DNA from: Trueperaceae bacterium
GTDB lineage: Bacteria; Deinococcota; Deinococci; Deinococcales; Trueperaceae
DNA: 64,000 nucleotides
Reading direction: 5' to 3'
Assembly (NCBI GenBank): GCA_965215565.1
Contig: CBDCDZ010000004.1
Span: forward strand, 2,464,001 to 2,528,000
The position numbers and the translations under genes were made by a program. The notes beneath the pieces are model-generated. The model saw only the letters and a program-made list of their open reading frames with translations. It had not been told where the DNA came from and made no database searches. Below, in pieces: positions 1 through 9,635 of this stretch (its first letter is position 1; the number at the start of each line of letters is the position of its first letter).

Positions 1-639
1 CTCTTTGAGGCTCTTCTCGAGGACTTGAGAAACTTCGGGATCGCCTACGCTGTAGACCCGCTCGCCCCGGTTGATGAGGCTCACGCGGCTGCCAAGTTTG
101 CGAAAGGCGAACGCCATCTCCAGACCGATGGGTCCTGCGCCAATGACCGCCAAGTGCTCAGGCTTATGCGGCTCTTCGAACAGGCTTTCATTGGTGAGGG
201 TGCGCCCTTTTGGGAGCCCGTCAACCTCTAAAAGGCGCGGCTTGCCGCCCGTCGCCAGGACGATATTTTTTGCCTCTAAAGTTTCAACCTTGCCGCCTTC
301 TAAGCTCACTTCAACGCGGGTCTCGCCCGTCAGCTTCGCCGCGCCGTGAAAAACCGAGACGTTCTCGACGGTGTGGACCCATTCGGTCTCCTCGTCACGG
401 AGGTGGTTACGCTTGTCACGTATGTGCTGCAGCACCTTATCCGCGTCATCAAAATCATGCTCCACCGAATGGATAAGCGTCTTCGAGGGTACACAGCCGA
501 CGTTTGTGCAGTCGCCGCCGATGGGTCCGCGCTCAACGAGCGCCACCTGTTTGCCGAACTTCGCTAGACCTACCGCGACGGTGAGCCCACCCGCGCCCGC
601 ACCGATCACAACCGTATGAAAGGGCGTATGTTGCGCCAT
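1..639 (-). CDS. FAD-dependent pyridine nucleotide-disulfide oxidoreductase (dihydrolipoamide dehydrogenase/mercuric reductase-like), 3' end runs off the window
   Basis: Absent from the ORF track. Manual translation from the ATG at 639 gives MAQHTPFHTVVIGAGAGGLTVAVGLAKFGKQVALVERGPIGGDCTNVGCVPSKTL, with a GxGxxG FAD motif and the GGDCTNVGCVPSK redox-active disulfide motif. It starts 1 nt after the upstream gene's stop. Confidence 0.9.
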   Translation of the reverse strand, partial: MAQHTPFHTVVIGAGAGGLTVAVGLAKFGKQVALVERGPIGGDCTNVGCVPSKTLIHSVEHDFDDADKVLQHIRDKRNHLRDEETEWVHTVENVSVFHGAAKLTGETRVEVSLEGGKVETLEAKNIVLATGGKPRLLEVDGLPKGRTLTNESLFEEPHKPEHLAVIGAGPIGLEMAFAFRKLGSRVSLINRGERVYSVGDPEVSQVLEKSLKE

Positions 640-640
640 T

Positions 641-1369
641 TTACGCCTCCACCCCTTTGCGGCGTCTGAGGAGCCTCGAGAGCCCCAAACTCGCCACGAA
701 TATAACGACGGACGCGACCAACACCCACGGATTGAAGCCGCCCCCTTCGGCGCTGAGCCCAGTAGACGCGCCTAAAAGTACAATCCAAATCGTCCCCGGC
801 AGGGACCCCAAGATCGTCGCCAGGATAAAGGCGCGGTAGCTAATGCGCAAAAAGCCTGCAAGATAGTTGACCAAGTCGTAAGGAAGATAAACGAGGCGCA
901 TGATAAACACCGTTTCGAAAGCGTTGTCGCGCATCTTGCCCGTCCAGCGCTGCAAACGTCCCTCGTCGCTCCCTTCAGCCTCGAGCGCATCCTGCCCGAA
1001 GAAGTACCCGATAAAGTACGCCAGCGTCGCCCCTAAATTCGCGCCGATAATGGTATAGATAATGCCCCAAACTGCGCCGAAGAGAGCGCCCCCAGCGATA
1101 CTTAGTAGCGTCGCCGAAAAGAGCACAACGGGGCGCAGCGTGTAGAGCCCGATGAAGATAAGGGGCGCTAAGGGGTTGTCGCGCATAAAGTTGACGAGTT
1201 GCCGAACCGTCTGCTGAAGCGCCTCATTCAAAGGTAAGCCGAGGCTAAAGATGTAGGCAGCGAAACCGCCGAGTAAAAGGAGCCAGAACCCACCCGCCAC
1301 GAGTTTCTGCCAGTGCTTGGCGAGGAACGAAGGTTGCTGCGCGGTTGACGGTTGTGACACTTGAGCCAT
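641..1369 (-). CDS. TVP38/TMEM64 (VTT/DedA-like) membrane protein
   Basis: Multi-TM; GGALFG...YTIIGANLGATLAYFIG, MRLVYLPYDLVNYLAG and ATILGSLPG motifs are typical of the family. Confidence 0.85.
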   Translation of the reverse strand: MAQVSQPSTAQQPSFLAKHWQKLVAGGFWLLLLGGFAAYIFSLGLPLNEALQQTVRQLVNFMRDNPLAPLIFIGLYTLRPVVLFSATLLSIAGGALFGAVWGIIYTIIGANLGATLAYFIGYFFGQDALEAEGSDEGRLQRWTGKMRDNAFETVFIMRLVYLPYDLVNYLAGFLRISYRAFILATILGSLPGTIWIVLLGASTGLSAEGGGFNPWVLVASVVIFVASLGLSRLLRRRKGVEA

Positions 1370-1370
1370 A

Positions 1371-1973
1371 TTAGAGCCTCCTTAAAGCCCAGCGGACGCG
1401 CTGCCCCGCCGAGAATAAAACGAGCAGCGCCATGAGGGAGAAGAGAAAGGTGAGCGCCTGGGGAAAGATTAAGAACAAGCAGTAGAAGAGGATGGTCTCG
1501 CCTCCTTCGATGAGGCCGCTCGGCATGGTGACGCTGGTTTGCTCACCCCGGCTCACTGCGCCTTGCTTGCGCTTTTCTAAAATCGCCGAGAGGTAGAGCC
1601 AGGAGACGGCGTTTAGGTAGAAGCTCGAGAGGAGCAGCGCTAAACTCAGCCAGACGGGGCTCGAGGACTGCGCCCACGCGAGCGCGACGGGCAAGAGCGC
1701 GTAGATCGCCGTGTCGAGGAGCATGTCCAAGTAGCCGCCCAAGTCACTCTGCTTGGCGCTGCTCCTGGCGATACTGCCGTCTAACCCGTCCAGCACGCGC
1801 CCCACGAGCCACAACCCTAACGCCCAGCCGTACAGCTCGAACGCCGCTGCGCCCACCGCCAAGAGCCCTACGCCGAACGCCGTCAGCGTCACGGTGAGCG
1901 GCGAAATGTCTAAGCGCTTAGCAACGGGCTCCAGCACGCGCTCTTTCGGGAGTCTCAAGTACCTGTCAATCAT
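1371..1973 (-). CDS. CDP-alcohol phosphatidyltransferase family protein (YnjF-like)
   Basis: LDGLDGSIAR...SDLGGYLDMLLD matches the CDP-alcohol phosphotransferase signature. Confidence 0.9.
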   Translation of the reverse strand: MIDRYLRLPKERVLEPVAKRLDISPLTVTLTAFGVGLLAVGAAAFELYGWALGLWLVGRVLDGLDGSIARSSAKQSDLGGYLDMLLDTAIYALLPVALAWAQSSSPVWLSLALLLSSFYLNAVSWLYLSAILEKRKQGAVSRGEQTSVTMPSGLIEGGETILFYCLFLIFPQALTFLFSLMALLVLFSAGQRVRWALRRL

Positions 1974-2302
1974 CGTCGGAGAGCGTCACTACCTTTCTAG
2001 TCTAGGGGTCTTTAGAGCGTTGAAACTACCTCGATTGTAAAACGTTTAGCTGCGCTTCACAGCGGTCAAGTGAACATCTTCCCATTCACCATAACGAACG
2101 AGCTTCGGCTTGTTCGTCAAACACTGTACGAAGACGAGAGTCGTTGACACCCTGCCCCTGCTCGTGAGTACACTTGAGAAATTGGGGGTTTCGAGGGTGG
2201 GGTTCACCTCATTTATGTCCAACGCTTTCGTGCCTGACGCTGGCGCATAAGAAGACGGCCTGAGGTGCGTTAAAGCGCTAGAATAATCCAAGGAGGTCCC
2301 CC

Positions 2303-3001
2303 TTGACATTGCCGCGCAACACATCTCCTAAACCTTACGTCGTCAAAAATACCGGCTTTGCCCAGCGCCTCAGTGAGCGCGATATGGCGGTCTTTCAGCG
2401 CGTTTGCCCCGATAAGATGTACCGCAAAGGCGAGACGATCTTCTACGCGGGCGATCCAGCGACAGACTTGCACGTCATCGCCAAAGGGCAAGTCAAGCTC
2501 GTCACGCAGGATGCGAATGGCAGCGAGCGCATCCTGGTGGTGTGCGGCGTAAACGACTTTATCGGCGAGGCGTTCCTGAGCGAGACCTCGAGTTATTTCG
2601 TAGACGCCGTCGCCCTGACCGACGCCGTGACGTGTCCGGTGAGCCGCCAGCAGTTTTTGCAAATGGCGCTGCACGCGCCGCACTTCACGCTGACCTTTAC
2701 AGAAATTTTAGCGAGCCACCTCTTTCACTGCCGCGAGCAACTCGGTCACTCCTACGCGCCCGTCAAAACGCGCTTGGTCAAGACCTTTTTAGAACAAGCG
2801 GAGCGCTTCGGCGAGCCGGAGCAAGGGGGATGGACCCGGCTCGAGACCAGCCTCAAACACGAAGAACTCGCCTCGATGATCTCCGCCACGCGCGTCAGCG
2901 TGTCGATGGCGATTGCGGAGTTGCGCGAAGCGCAGCTTATTGAGGGGACGCGCGGCAACTACCGAATTGATGTACAGGCGCTGAGCAGCTATCTGCAATG
3001 A
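2303..3001 (+). CDS. Crp/Fnr family transcriptional regulator
   Basis: cNMP-binding beta-roll (GETIFYAGD..LHVIAKGQVKL..FIGE) plus C-terminal HTH (HEELASMISATRVSVS); AGGAGG RBS upstream. Confidence 0.9.
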   Translation: MTLPRNTSPKPYVVKNTGFAQRLSERDMAVFQRVCPDKMYRKGETIFYAGDPATDLHVIAKGQVKLVTQDANGSERILVVCGVNDFIGEAFLSETSSYFVDAVALTDAVTCPVSRQQFLQMALHAPHFTLTFTEILASHLFHCREQLGHSYAPVKTRLVKTFLEQAERFGEPEQGGWTRLETSLKHEELASMISATRVSVSMAIAELREAQLIEGTRGNYRIDVQALSSYLQ

Positions 3002-3027
3002 GATGAGCGCGGCGCTATACTGCGCAG

Positions 3028-3520
3028 ATGCCTCTATCCTTCCGAACCGACGAAGGGCGCTTTACTTACCGCGTCGCAGGCATCGCCCTCCAAGACGACC
3101 ACGTTCTACTCGGCACAGAGGCGCACATCGACTTCTGGTATCTACCCGGAGGACGCCCCGAGTTCGGTGAAACGCTCCGGGGCGCACTCGCGTGAGGAAC
3201 TTCGCGCAGAGGTTGAGGTTGGGCGATTAACGCTAGTAGTCGAGAACTTCTTCAACCACGCTTCTGAAAAACACCACGGCGTCGGGCTCTACTTCTTGAT
3301 GAGGTTGCCAGCAGCTTGGACGAACAGAGAAGAGGTCTATAAGGGGCTCGAGCACGACGCGGACGCGATTAGAGATTCAGGTCAAGAGGGGGCGCTCGAG
3401 CTGTCCTTTCGCTGGTTTCATCTAAGCCAACTTGAGACGCTCGATGTGCGCCCAAAGTGCTTACAGAAAGCACTCGCCAACCTCTCCGACGAGGTTCAGC
3501 ACCTCATCAACTTTGGATGA
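3028..3520 (+). pseudogene. NUDIX hydrolase, frameshifted within the Nudix box
   Basis: The ATG 3028 frame reads MPLSFRTDEGRFTYRVAGIAL...WYLPGGRPEFGETLRGALA* (TGA 3193-3195). It continues in another frame as REELRAEVEVGRLTLVVENFF...HHGVGLYF. Confidence 0.75.
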
Positions 3521-3557
3521 CCTCTTGGGCGCGACGACAGAAAGAGCGTACCGCTCG

Positions 3558-6500
3558 CTACCTCTCCTCCACCGGCTTGGGGCGATACGCCTCCTCGAGC
3601 GTCTGTAAAAGGAGCCGCGCTAATACGCCGCCGCTCGCTAGGGTCAAGCTGTCGTCGCGGCGAATCTCCGCTAAGGCCGAATCGTAACGTTTCAAGAGGC
3701 GCGGATGCGTTTCCAAAAACCCTTCAGGACCCCGTTCGCCGCCTTCGCGTAACTCCTCGAAGTAGCGAATCGTCAGCCCGAGTTGGGCGCGGCGCAAGTC
3801 CATGACGAGCCCGCCCAGCGCGATTTTCTCCCACTTGCTCGCGCTCGGCAGCGCGGCGATTTCGTCGCGGAGGACGCCCAGCGAGAGGCGTTCGCCCAAG
3901 CCGTAGAAGCGCTTGGCGGCTTCGTCCACGCTCACGTTCGCCACGCGGCTCACGTCCACGATATTCATCGCGCTCGGCAGGTACTCCATCGCGGCGGCTT
4001 CAGCGGCTAAGGGGTTGGGGCACTCAAGGGATGTAAAGGTCTGCTTATGGCTCTGGTAATGGTCCTTTTCGCCACCGGGGAGGAAGGACTCAAGACCCTC
4101 GCGCAGCGTCTTCATCGGCTCCTTATACGTCTCGACAAACTCAGGAATTGAACGTATCGCCACGTCCGAGAGGAGTATCCAAGCGACGATGTCCTCGGCG
4201 GCGCTAACGAACTCCTCTAGCATCGTGTACTGCGCGTCCGCCGCAATCTCGTAGTCGAGGGCAAACACGCGCTCTAAAAAGTCGCTCGCACCTAAAATCT
4301 CTAGTGCTACGAGCGCCGCCCGGATGACCTCCACCGGGCTTGCGCCCGTGTCGCGGATGCTGCGGTGCACAAAGGTGATACCTAAGAGGTCCACAACGGT
4401 ATTTGTGAACTGCGTGGCGATGATCTCACGGCGTAGCGAGTGGTTTTGAATGACCTCGGGGAAGCGCTCACTCAGAGCACTCGGGAAATAGTCGAAGAGG
4501 TAGTGCTGGAAGTGCGGCTCATCGGGGAAGTCGGTCTCTAAGAGGCGGCGGTAGATGCCCATCTTTGTGTAAGCGAGAAGGATCGCCAACTCGGGACGGG
4601 TCAGGCCCTCGCCAGAGCGCTGCCGCTCGCCGATGACCCTGGGGTTCGGCAAGAACTCCACCTCGGGTTTTAAGGGACCGCGCTCCGCTAAGTAGTCTTG
4701 CAGCGACGCGAAGAGAGGGAGTTCCTCTTGGCTGCGCCGCTCGGCGAGCGAGAGCGCCAAGGACTGCTCGTAGTTGTCGCGCAAAACCGAGGCGCTGACC
4801 TCATCTGTCATCTCGTCTAGTAGGCGGTTGCGCTGCATAAAGGATAACTCGCCGCTGCCGACGAGCGGGCGCAGGGCAATTTTGATGTTGACCTCGTGGT
4901 CGGACATGTCCACGCCGCCCGAGTTGTCGATGGCGTCGGTGTTGATGCGCCCGCCGCGCTTCGCGTATTCGGTGCGGGCGAGTTGGGTGAAGCCCAAGTT
5001 GCCGCCCTCGCCGACAACTTTGGCGCGAAGCTCGGGGGCATCTATGCGCACGGCGTTGTTCGAAGAATCCCCCACGTCCGCGTGCGTTTCCGAAGACGCT
5101 TTGACGTATGTGCCGATGCCGCCGTTCCAAAGCAGATCCACAGGCATTTTGAGAACCGCCCGGATGAGGTCTTGCCCGGAAAGGGCGTCCGCGTCAACGT
5201 CCAACATCACCTTGACTTGAGGGGTGAGGGCGATGGACTTAGTGAACCTCGAATAGACCCCGCCCCCCTCGCTGATGAGATTCTCGTCATAGTCTTCCCA
5301 CGTCGAGCGCGGTTTTTCGAACAGACGTTTGCGCTCCTCAAAGCTCTTTTTAGGGTCAGGGTCGGGGTCTAAAAAGATGTGCAGGTGGTTAAAGGCCGCT
5401 TGCAGTTTGAGCGTGTTCGTGTAGAGGAGCCCGTTGCCAAACACGTCCCCCGACATATCCCCGATGCCCGCTATGGTGACACCATGCTCGTAAACGTTCG
5501 TGCCCATCTCATAAAAGTGCCGCTTGACGCACTCCCACGCGCCGTTTGCGGTAATCGCCTCCTCCTTGTGATCATAGCCGTGCGAGCCGCCCGAGGCGAA
5601 GGCGTCGCCGAGCCAGAAGCCGTACTCGGCGGCGGTCTCGTTGGCGAGGTCAGAGAAGGTAGCCGTGCCTTTGTCTGCCGCGACAACCAGGTAAGGGTCA
5701 GGCGCGTCGTAGGCGACGACGCCTTCGGGCTGCACCGTTTTGCCGTCCACCCGGTTATCGGTGAGGTCCAAGAGGCTGCGGATGTAGGTCCTGTACTGCG
5801 TCCTCACGTACTCGCGCAAAGCTTCACGGTCGGCGGGTGCGTTCTTGACGATGAAGCCCCCCTTCGAGCCCACCGGGACGATCACCGCGTTTTTGGTCAT
5901 CTGCGTTTTCATCAACCCCAAAACTTCGGTGCGGAAGTCATCCGGGCGGTCGCTCCAGCGCAAGCCGCCGCGCGCCACTTTGCCGCCGCGCAGGTGTGTC
6001 CCTTCAACTTTCGGGCTCGACATGGCGATTTCAAAGAGCGGGCGCGGCTCGGGCATCTGGGTGACTTGTGAAGAGTCTAACTTGAGTGAGATATAAGGTT
6101 TGTCCAGGAAAAAGTTCGTGCGCACCGCCGCCGTGACTAAGTTGAAGAGCCCGCGCAGCGTCTGGTCTTCGGACAATGAGGCGACCGCTTGGAGCGCCTC
6201 GGAAAAGGAGGTCTGCACCGCTTCTAGTTCCGTTTCTCTGTTCTCTAGCCCCGGCTTAAACTTCGCGTCGAAGGCGCGGTAGATGAGGCGAGCGACGTCC
6301 GGGTGGTTGAGGAGCGTGCCGGTGACGAAGCTCCGGCTCGTCCCAGGACTCAGTTGGGCATAGTACATCTGCAAGGTGCTCAAAAGGGCGACTTGCCGCA
6401 CGCTGAGGCTGCCGTAGAGCACCAAGCGGTTGAGGGCGTCGCTCTCGGCGCTCTGGGTGAGCAGGGCTAAGAGCGCCTCTTTAAGCCGCTCGCCGTGCTC

Positions 6501-8387
6501 GCGTACATCAATTATCTCCCCGGCGCGGTCCTGTACGCGGAAGATGTCGACGCCGCGCACCTCTCTACGTCGGCTCGAGGACCCCTTGTCAGCCTTGGTG
6601 TAGTAAGAAATCTGCTCCAAAACTTTGCAGCCCAAGTTCTCTAGAATCGGCAACACTTCACTCAAGACGAGCGTGCGCTCTTGGTGATAAATCTTGAGCT
6701 GCGTCGCCTCTTCCCCCTCGTAGCCGTGAACGGGGTTGAGGATGTCCACCCGGTAGGGCGAGTCTCCTAGCGCCTCTAAGTTTTCGATGTCGCGCAGAGC
6801 GACGGCGCTACTCGTGTCCGCCTTGTAGCGCTCGTCGAAGGCGTCCGCGTAGCGCTCCGCCAAGCGTCTACCCGCCGCCTCGCCCTTTTGCGTCATCAGC
6901 CGCTCCAAGAGGTGGTCGCTCCAGGTGCGCGTGAGGTCGGCTACCTCTCCTTCCAACTCAGCCATGTGAAGATCATCTTGACTCTTACTCGTAGTAAAGA
7001 AGAAGTGAAAGCGCACCTGCGCCTCGTCCTCGCCCATCGCGAGCTGATAGTCTACGTGCTCGGCGTCCAGTTTATCCGCCAGAAACCCCTGAATCTCGCG
7101 GCGCACGTCGGCGTTGAAGCGTTCGCGCGGCATGATGACCATCACGGCGAGACCTCTTGCTAGCGGGTCAGGGCGCACCGTGAGCCGCACGCCGCGCTCT
7201 TTAGCCGTATCCATGACCGTGCGGATGTCTTTGTAGAGCTGCGAGGCGTCACTCCAGAAGAGTTCTTCGCGCGGGATGGAGTTGAAAACCGTAACGATGC
7301 GCTTGTAGTCGTGGGAGCCGGGCGTCGCTTTGTCCTTATCCAAGACGAGGCGCAGCTTATGGCGCAAGATAGGGATGTCTTCGACAGACGTGGAGAGCGC
7401 TTTCGAGGTGAAGAGCCCGACGAAGCGCCTTTCGCCCTGCACCTGCCAGTCCTCGCCCATCTTTTTGAGCCCAACGTAGTCCATGCGGGCGGGGCGGTGG
7501 ACGGTGGACTCGGCGTTCGTTTTGGTGACGGTCAAGACCTTGCCGCCCAAGACGCGCTCGCGCAGTCCCTGAGGAATCTCGCCCAATGGGACAGGCTCGG
7601 TGTAGGCGCTCTCTTGCACCTTGCTCAGCACACCCAAGCCCGAGCCCCGGTCCACGACGAGGTGCTGCGCGCCGCGCTGGTCGACGATGTCGTACTCGCG
7701 GTAGCCCAAAAAGACGTAGTTGTCGTCCGCGAGCCAGTCCATGAAGGCGGCGTACTCCTCCAACTCGTCCGCCTGTTTCCGGTTTTGAGTGTGCTCTTGC
7801 AGCCCTTCGAGCGTCCCTCTAAGCTCCTCTGTCTTCGCCCGCATCGCCAGGTAGTCGTCCGTGGCTAAAACGACGTCTTCTAAAACCTCTCGGACGGACG
7901 CCTCTAACGCCTCGCGTTTTTGTGCGTCGTCCTCCCGCCCTAAAAGGTAGAGTTCATACGCCTCTAGTACCTCATCCTCGTCCTGACCTACAGCCACGTC
8001 TGTAATGCCGTCTCCACGTTCGACTTTTAGAATCGGATGTAAGAGGTGGTAGACCTCATATCCCTTACGGCGCAGGGCGGCGCGCACCGAATCCACGATG
8101 AAGGGGCGGTCTTTGAGGGTCAGCTCGAGGGCGGTGTAGGGCGTCTCCCAACCCTCCGCTTCGTAGCTCGGGTTGTAGACGCGCACGCGCACCTCTTCGG
8201 GCGCTTTGTCCTGCATAAAGGAGAGCGCACCCTTGCCCACGGCCAAGAGGCTCTCCGTGTCAAAGGTCTCCAAGAGGTCGGGGCTGGCTTTGTCAAACAA
8301 GAAGCCGACGAACGCTTCTAGTGGATAGTCGGCTCCCTGGCGGTTTCGTTTGATGAACTGCTGCAACTGATTTAGGGTTGCGGGCAC
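3558..8387 (-). CDS. gdhB: Large NAD-specific glutamate dehydrogenase
   Basis: 1609 aa; RGGLRWSDR, KNAVIVPVGSKGGF, PYLVVAADKGTATFSD, FASGGSHGYDHK, GIGDMSGDVFGNG and NTDAIDNSGGVD motifs. Confidence 0.95.
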   Translation of the reverse strand: MPATLNQLQQFIKRNRQGADYPLEAFVGFLFDKASPDLLETFDTESLLAVGKGALSFMQDKAPEEVRVRVYNPSYEAEGWETPYTALELTLKDRPFIVDSVRAALRRKGYEVYHLLHPILKVERGDGITDVAVGQDEDEVLEAYELYLLGREDDAQKREALEASVREVLEDVVLATDDYLAMRAKTEELRGTLEGLQEHTQNRKQADELEEYAAFMDWLADDNYVFLGYREYDIVDQRGAQHLVVDRGSGLGVLSKVQESAYTEPVPLGEIPQGLRERVLGGKVLTVTKTNAESTVHRPARMDYVGLKKMGEDWQVQGERRFVGLFTSKALSTSVEDIPILRHKLRLVLDKDKATPGSHDYKRIVTVFNSIPREELFWSDASQLYKDIRTVMDTAKERGVRLTVRPDPLARGLAVMVIMPRERFNADVRREIQGFLADKLDAEHVDYQLAMGEDEAQVRFHFFFTTSKSQDDLHMAELEGEVADLTRTWSDHLLERLMTQKGEAAGRRLAERYADAFDERYKADTSSAVALRDIENLEALGDSPYRVDILNPVHGYEGEEATQLKIYHQERTLVLSEVLPILENLGCKVLEQISYYTKADKGSSSRRREVRGVDIFRVQDRAGEIIDVREHGERLKEALLALLTQSAESDALNRLVLYGSLSVRQVALLSTLQMYYAQLSPGTSRSFVTGTLLNHPDVARLIYRAFDAKFKPGLENRETELEAVQTSFSEALQAVASLSEDQTLRGLFNLVTAAVRTNFFLDKPYISLKLDSSQVTQMPEPRPLFEIAMSSPKVEGTHLRGGKVARGGLRWSDRPDDFRTEVLGLMKTQMTKNAVIVPVGSKGGFIVKNAPADREALREYVRTQYRTYIRSLLDLTDNRVDGKTVQPEGVVAYDAPDPYLVVAADKGTATFSDLANETAAEYGFWLGDAFASGGSHGYDHKEEAITANGAWECVKRHFYEMGTNVYEHGVTIAGIGDMSGDVFGNGLLYTNTLKLQAAFNHLHIFLDPDPDPKKSFEERKRLFEKPRSTWEDYDENLISEGGGVYSRFTKSIALTPQVKVMLDVDADALSGQDLIRAVLKMPVDLLWNGGIGTYVKASSETHADVGDSSNNAVRIDAPELRAKVVGEGGNLGFTQLARTEYAKRGGRINTDAIDNSGGVDMSDHEVNIKIALRPLVGSGELSFMQRNRLLDEMTDEVSASVLRDNYEQSLALSLAERRSQEELPLFASLQDYLAERGPLKPEVEFLPNPRVIGERQRSGEGLTRPELAILLAYTKMGIYRRLLETDFPDEPHFQHYLFDYFPSALSERFPEVIQNHSLRREIIATQFTNTVVDLLGITFVHRSIRDTGASPVEVIRAALVALEILGASDFLERVFALDYEIAADAQYTMLEEFVSAAEDIVAWILLSDVAIRSIPEFVETYKEPMKTLREGLESFLPGGEKDHYQSHKQTFTSLECPNPLAAEAAAMEYLPSAMNIVDVSRVANVSVDEAAKRFYGLGERLSLGVLRDEIAALPSASKWEKIALGGLVMDLRRAQLGLTIRYFEELREGGERGPEGFLETHPRLLKRYDSALAEIRRDDSLTLASGGVLARLLLQTLEEAYRPKPVEER

Positions 8388-8602
8388 GGTTTACCCCTCT
8401 TTCGTTTCTGGCGCAAAAACCGGCATCTTTCACAGGTTGCACCGTTTCGCGGATGAATATAAAAGAGTATAAGCTGAGAATCGGTGTACGATTTCGCCAA
8501 AGTGCACGCTTTAGGAACACAGATTCAAGCTTCCATTTTTAGCCCTACAAGGTGCGGCGTAACGCTATCCGAAAACCGCAAAGGTCTGTTTAGTACAATA
8601 AC

Positions 8603-8713
8603 TAGCAGTTCCACGACATACTGAGACAAAGTGCCGCAGATATCATCTCTGAACGTACGTGCTAGAGCGTGTTGCTCAAAGTGAGAGCGTCTCAAACCAG
8701 ATGATACCTGCTA
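8603..8713 (+). mobile_element. MITE-like dispersed repeat, 111-bp core copy
   Basis: TAGCAGTTCCAC...CCGCAGATATCATCT...CGTGCTAG...AGTGAGAG...ACCAGATGATACCTGCTA; TAGCAG/CTGCTA inverted ends; same length and conserved blocks as 37876-37986. Confidence 0.8.
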
Positions 8714-9095
8714 AACGCTGTGGCACCGAACGACGGCAAAATTATCCACATTGCTAGTCAAGAGATATCAGAAGAAAAACGGGTAGTGGTTCTAAGTCGA
8801 ATGCTGCTACGTACTCCCCCTGCTATCTCTACACACTGAACAAGGGGTTGTAACCCCTTGCTTTGACATCAGCGTCATTCCAGATAAAGCCACTACCGAA
8901 AAACGAATGTCACACGGTAAATACGAAGCCGGTGAACCTGTTATTTTCAAAGGGAAGAAATACCTCGTGACAAGGGCAGACAGAAGTTTTTCTAAGTCGG
9001 GCGTGGTTTCCCTTTTTACTTTAACGCGCACGTTGTAGAATTCTAATGCAAGCTAATCCACCCCGATAGGGCTCACACTCCGTATACTAAACCCT

Positions 9096-9626
9096 ATGTA
9101 CCTCATAGCAGTTTTCATCCTCGTCGCCATAGACCAGTTTACCAAGTGGTGGGCAGCGAGCACATTCCCCTTAAACGGTCCTGACCTCGCGCTCGGGCTC
9201 GGCTTCCACCTGACCTACACGCGCAACACGGGCGCAGCGTTCGGCATCTTGCAGGGCGGCACATTCCTTTTGGGCATCCTTTCGGCGGTGGTCTCCGCAG
9301 CAATCTTCGTCTACCTCTTGCGCCACGCCCGCACCATGCCTCGGCTGCAACTCGTCGCCTTGACGCTCATTTTAAGTGGCGCAGTCGGCAACATGATCGA
9401 CCGCTTTTTATTGGGCTTCGTGCGCGACTTCATCCACTTCTACGTGCAGGGCTTTAACTACCCGGTATTCAACGTAGCGGACATGTGCGTGGTGGGCGGC
9501 GCGGCGCTGCTCTTACTCTCGAGCTTCTTCGACAAACCACAAGAGGCTGAAGAGAACGAAACAGCGGATTCCGAGCCTTATAGCGGTGCAGAGCCCACCC
9601 GAGCCGACACCCGAAGAGACGCTTAG
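9096..9626 (+). CDS. lspA: Signal peptidase II
   Basis: DQFTK, NTGAAFG, GAVGNMIDR, VRDFI and FNVAD motifs. Confidence 0.95.
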   Translation: MYLIAVFILVAIDQFTKWWAASTFPLNGPDLALGLGFHLTYTRNTGAAFGILQGGTFLLGILSAVVSAAIFVYLLRHARTMPRLQLVALTLILSGAVGNMIDRFLLGFVRDFIHFYVQGFNYPVFNVADMCVVGGAALLLLSSFFDKPQEAEENETADSEPYSGAEPTRADTRRDA

Positions 9627-9635
9627 CGCACCTCT

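Noticed and set aside
2046..2120. Minus-strand peptide LTNKPKLVRYGEWEDVHLTAVKRS resembling a lasso/RiPP leader (PxLxxxG...T)
   Set aside because: The putative core is only ~4 aa, the spacing is off, there is no clear RBS, and no cyclase, peptidase or RRE genes are nearby
8742..8750. Perfect DnaA box TTATCCACA, with rpmH-rnpA-yidC in the same window
   Set aside because: Single box, no cluster, and no dnaA or dnaN next to rpmH; not enough to call oriC
8841..8860. Palindrome CAAGGGGTTGTAACCCCTTG resembling IS200/IS605 end hairpins
   Set aside because: Single copy with no tnpA or tnpB remnant that I can recognise
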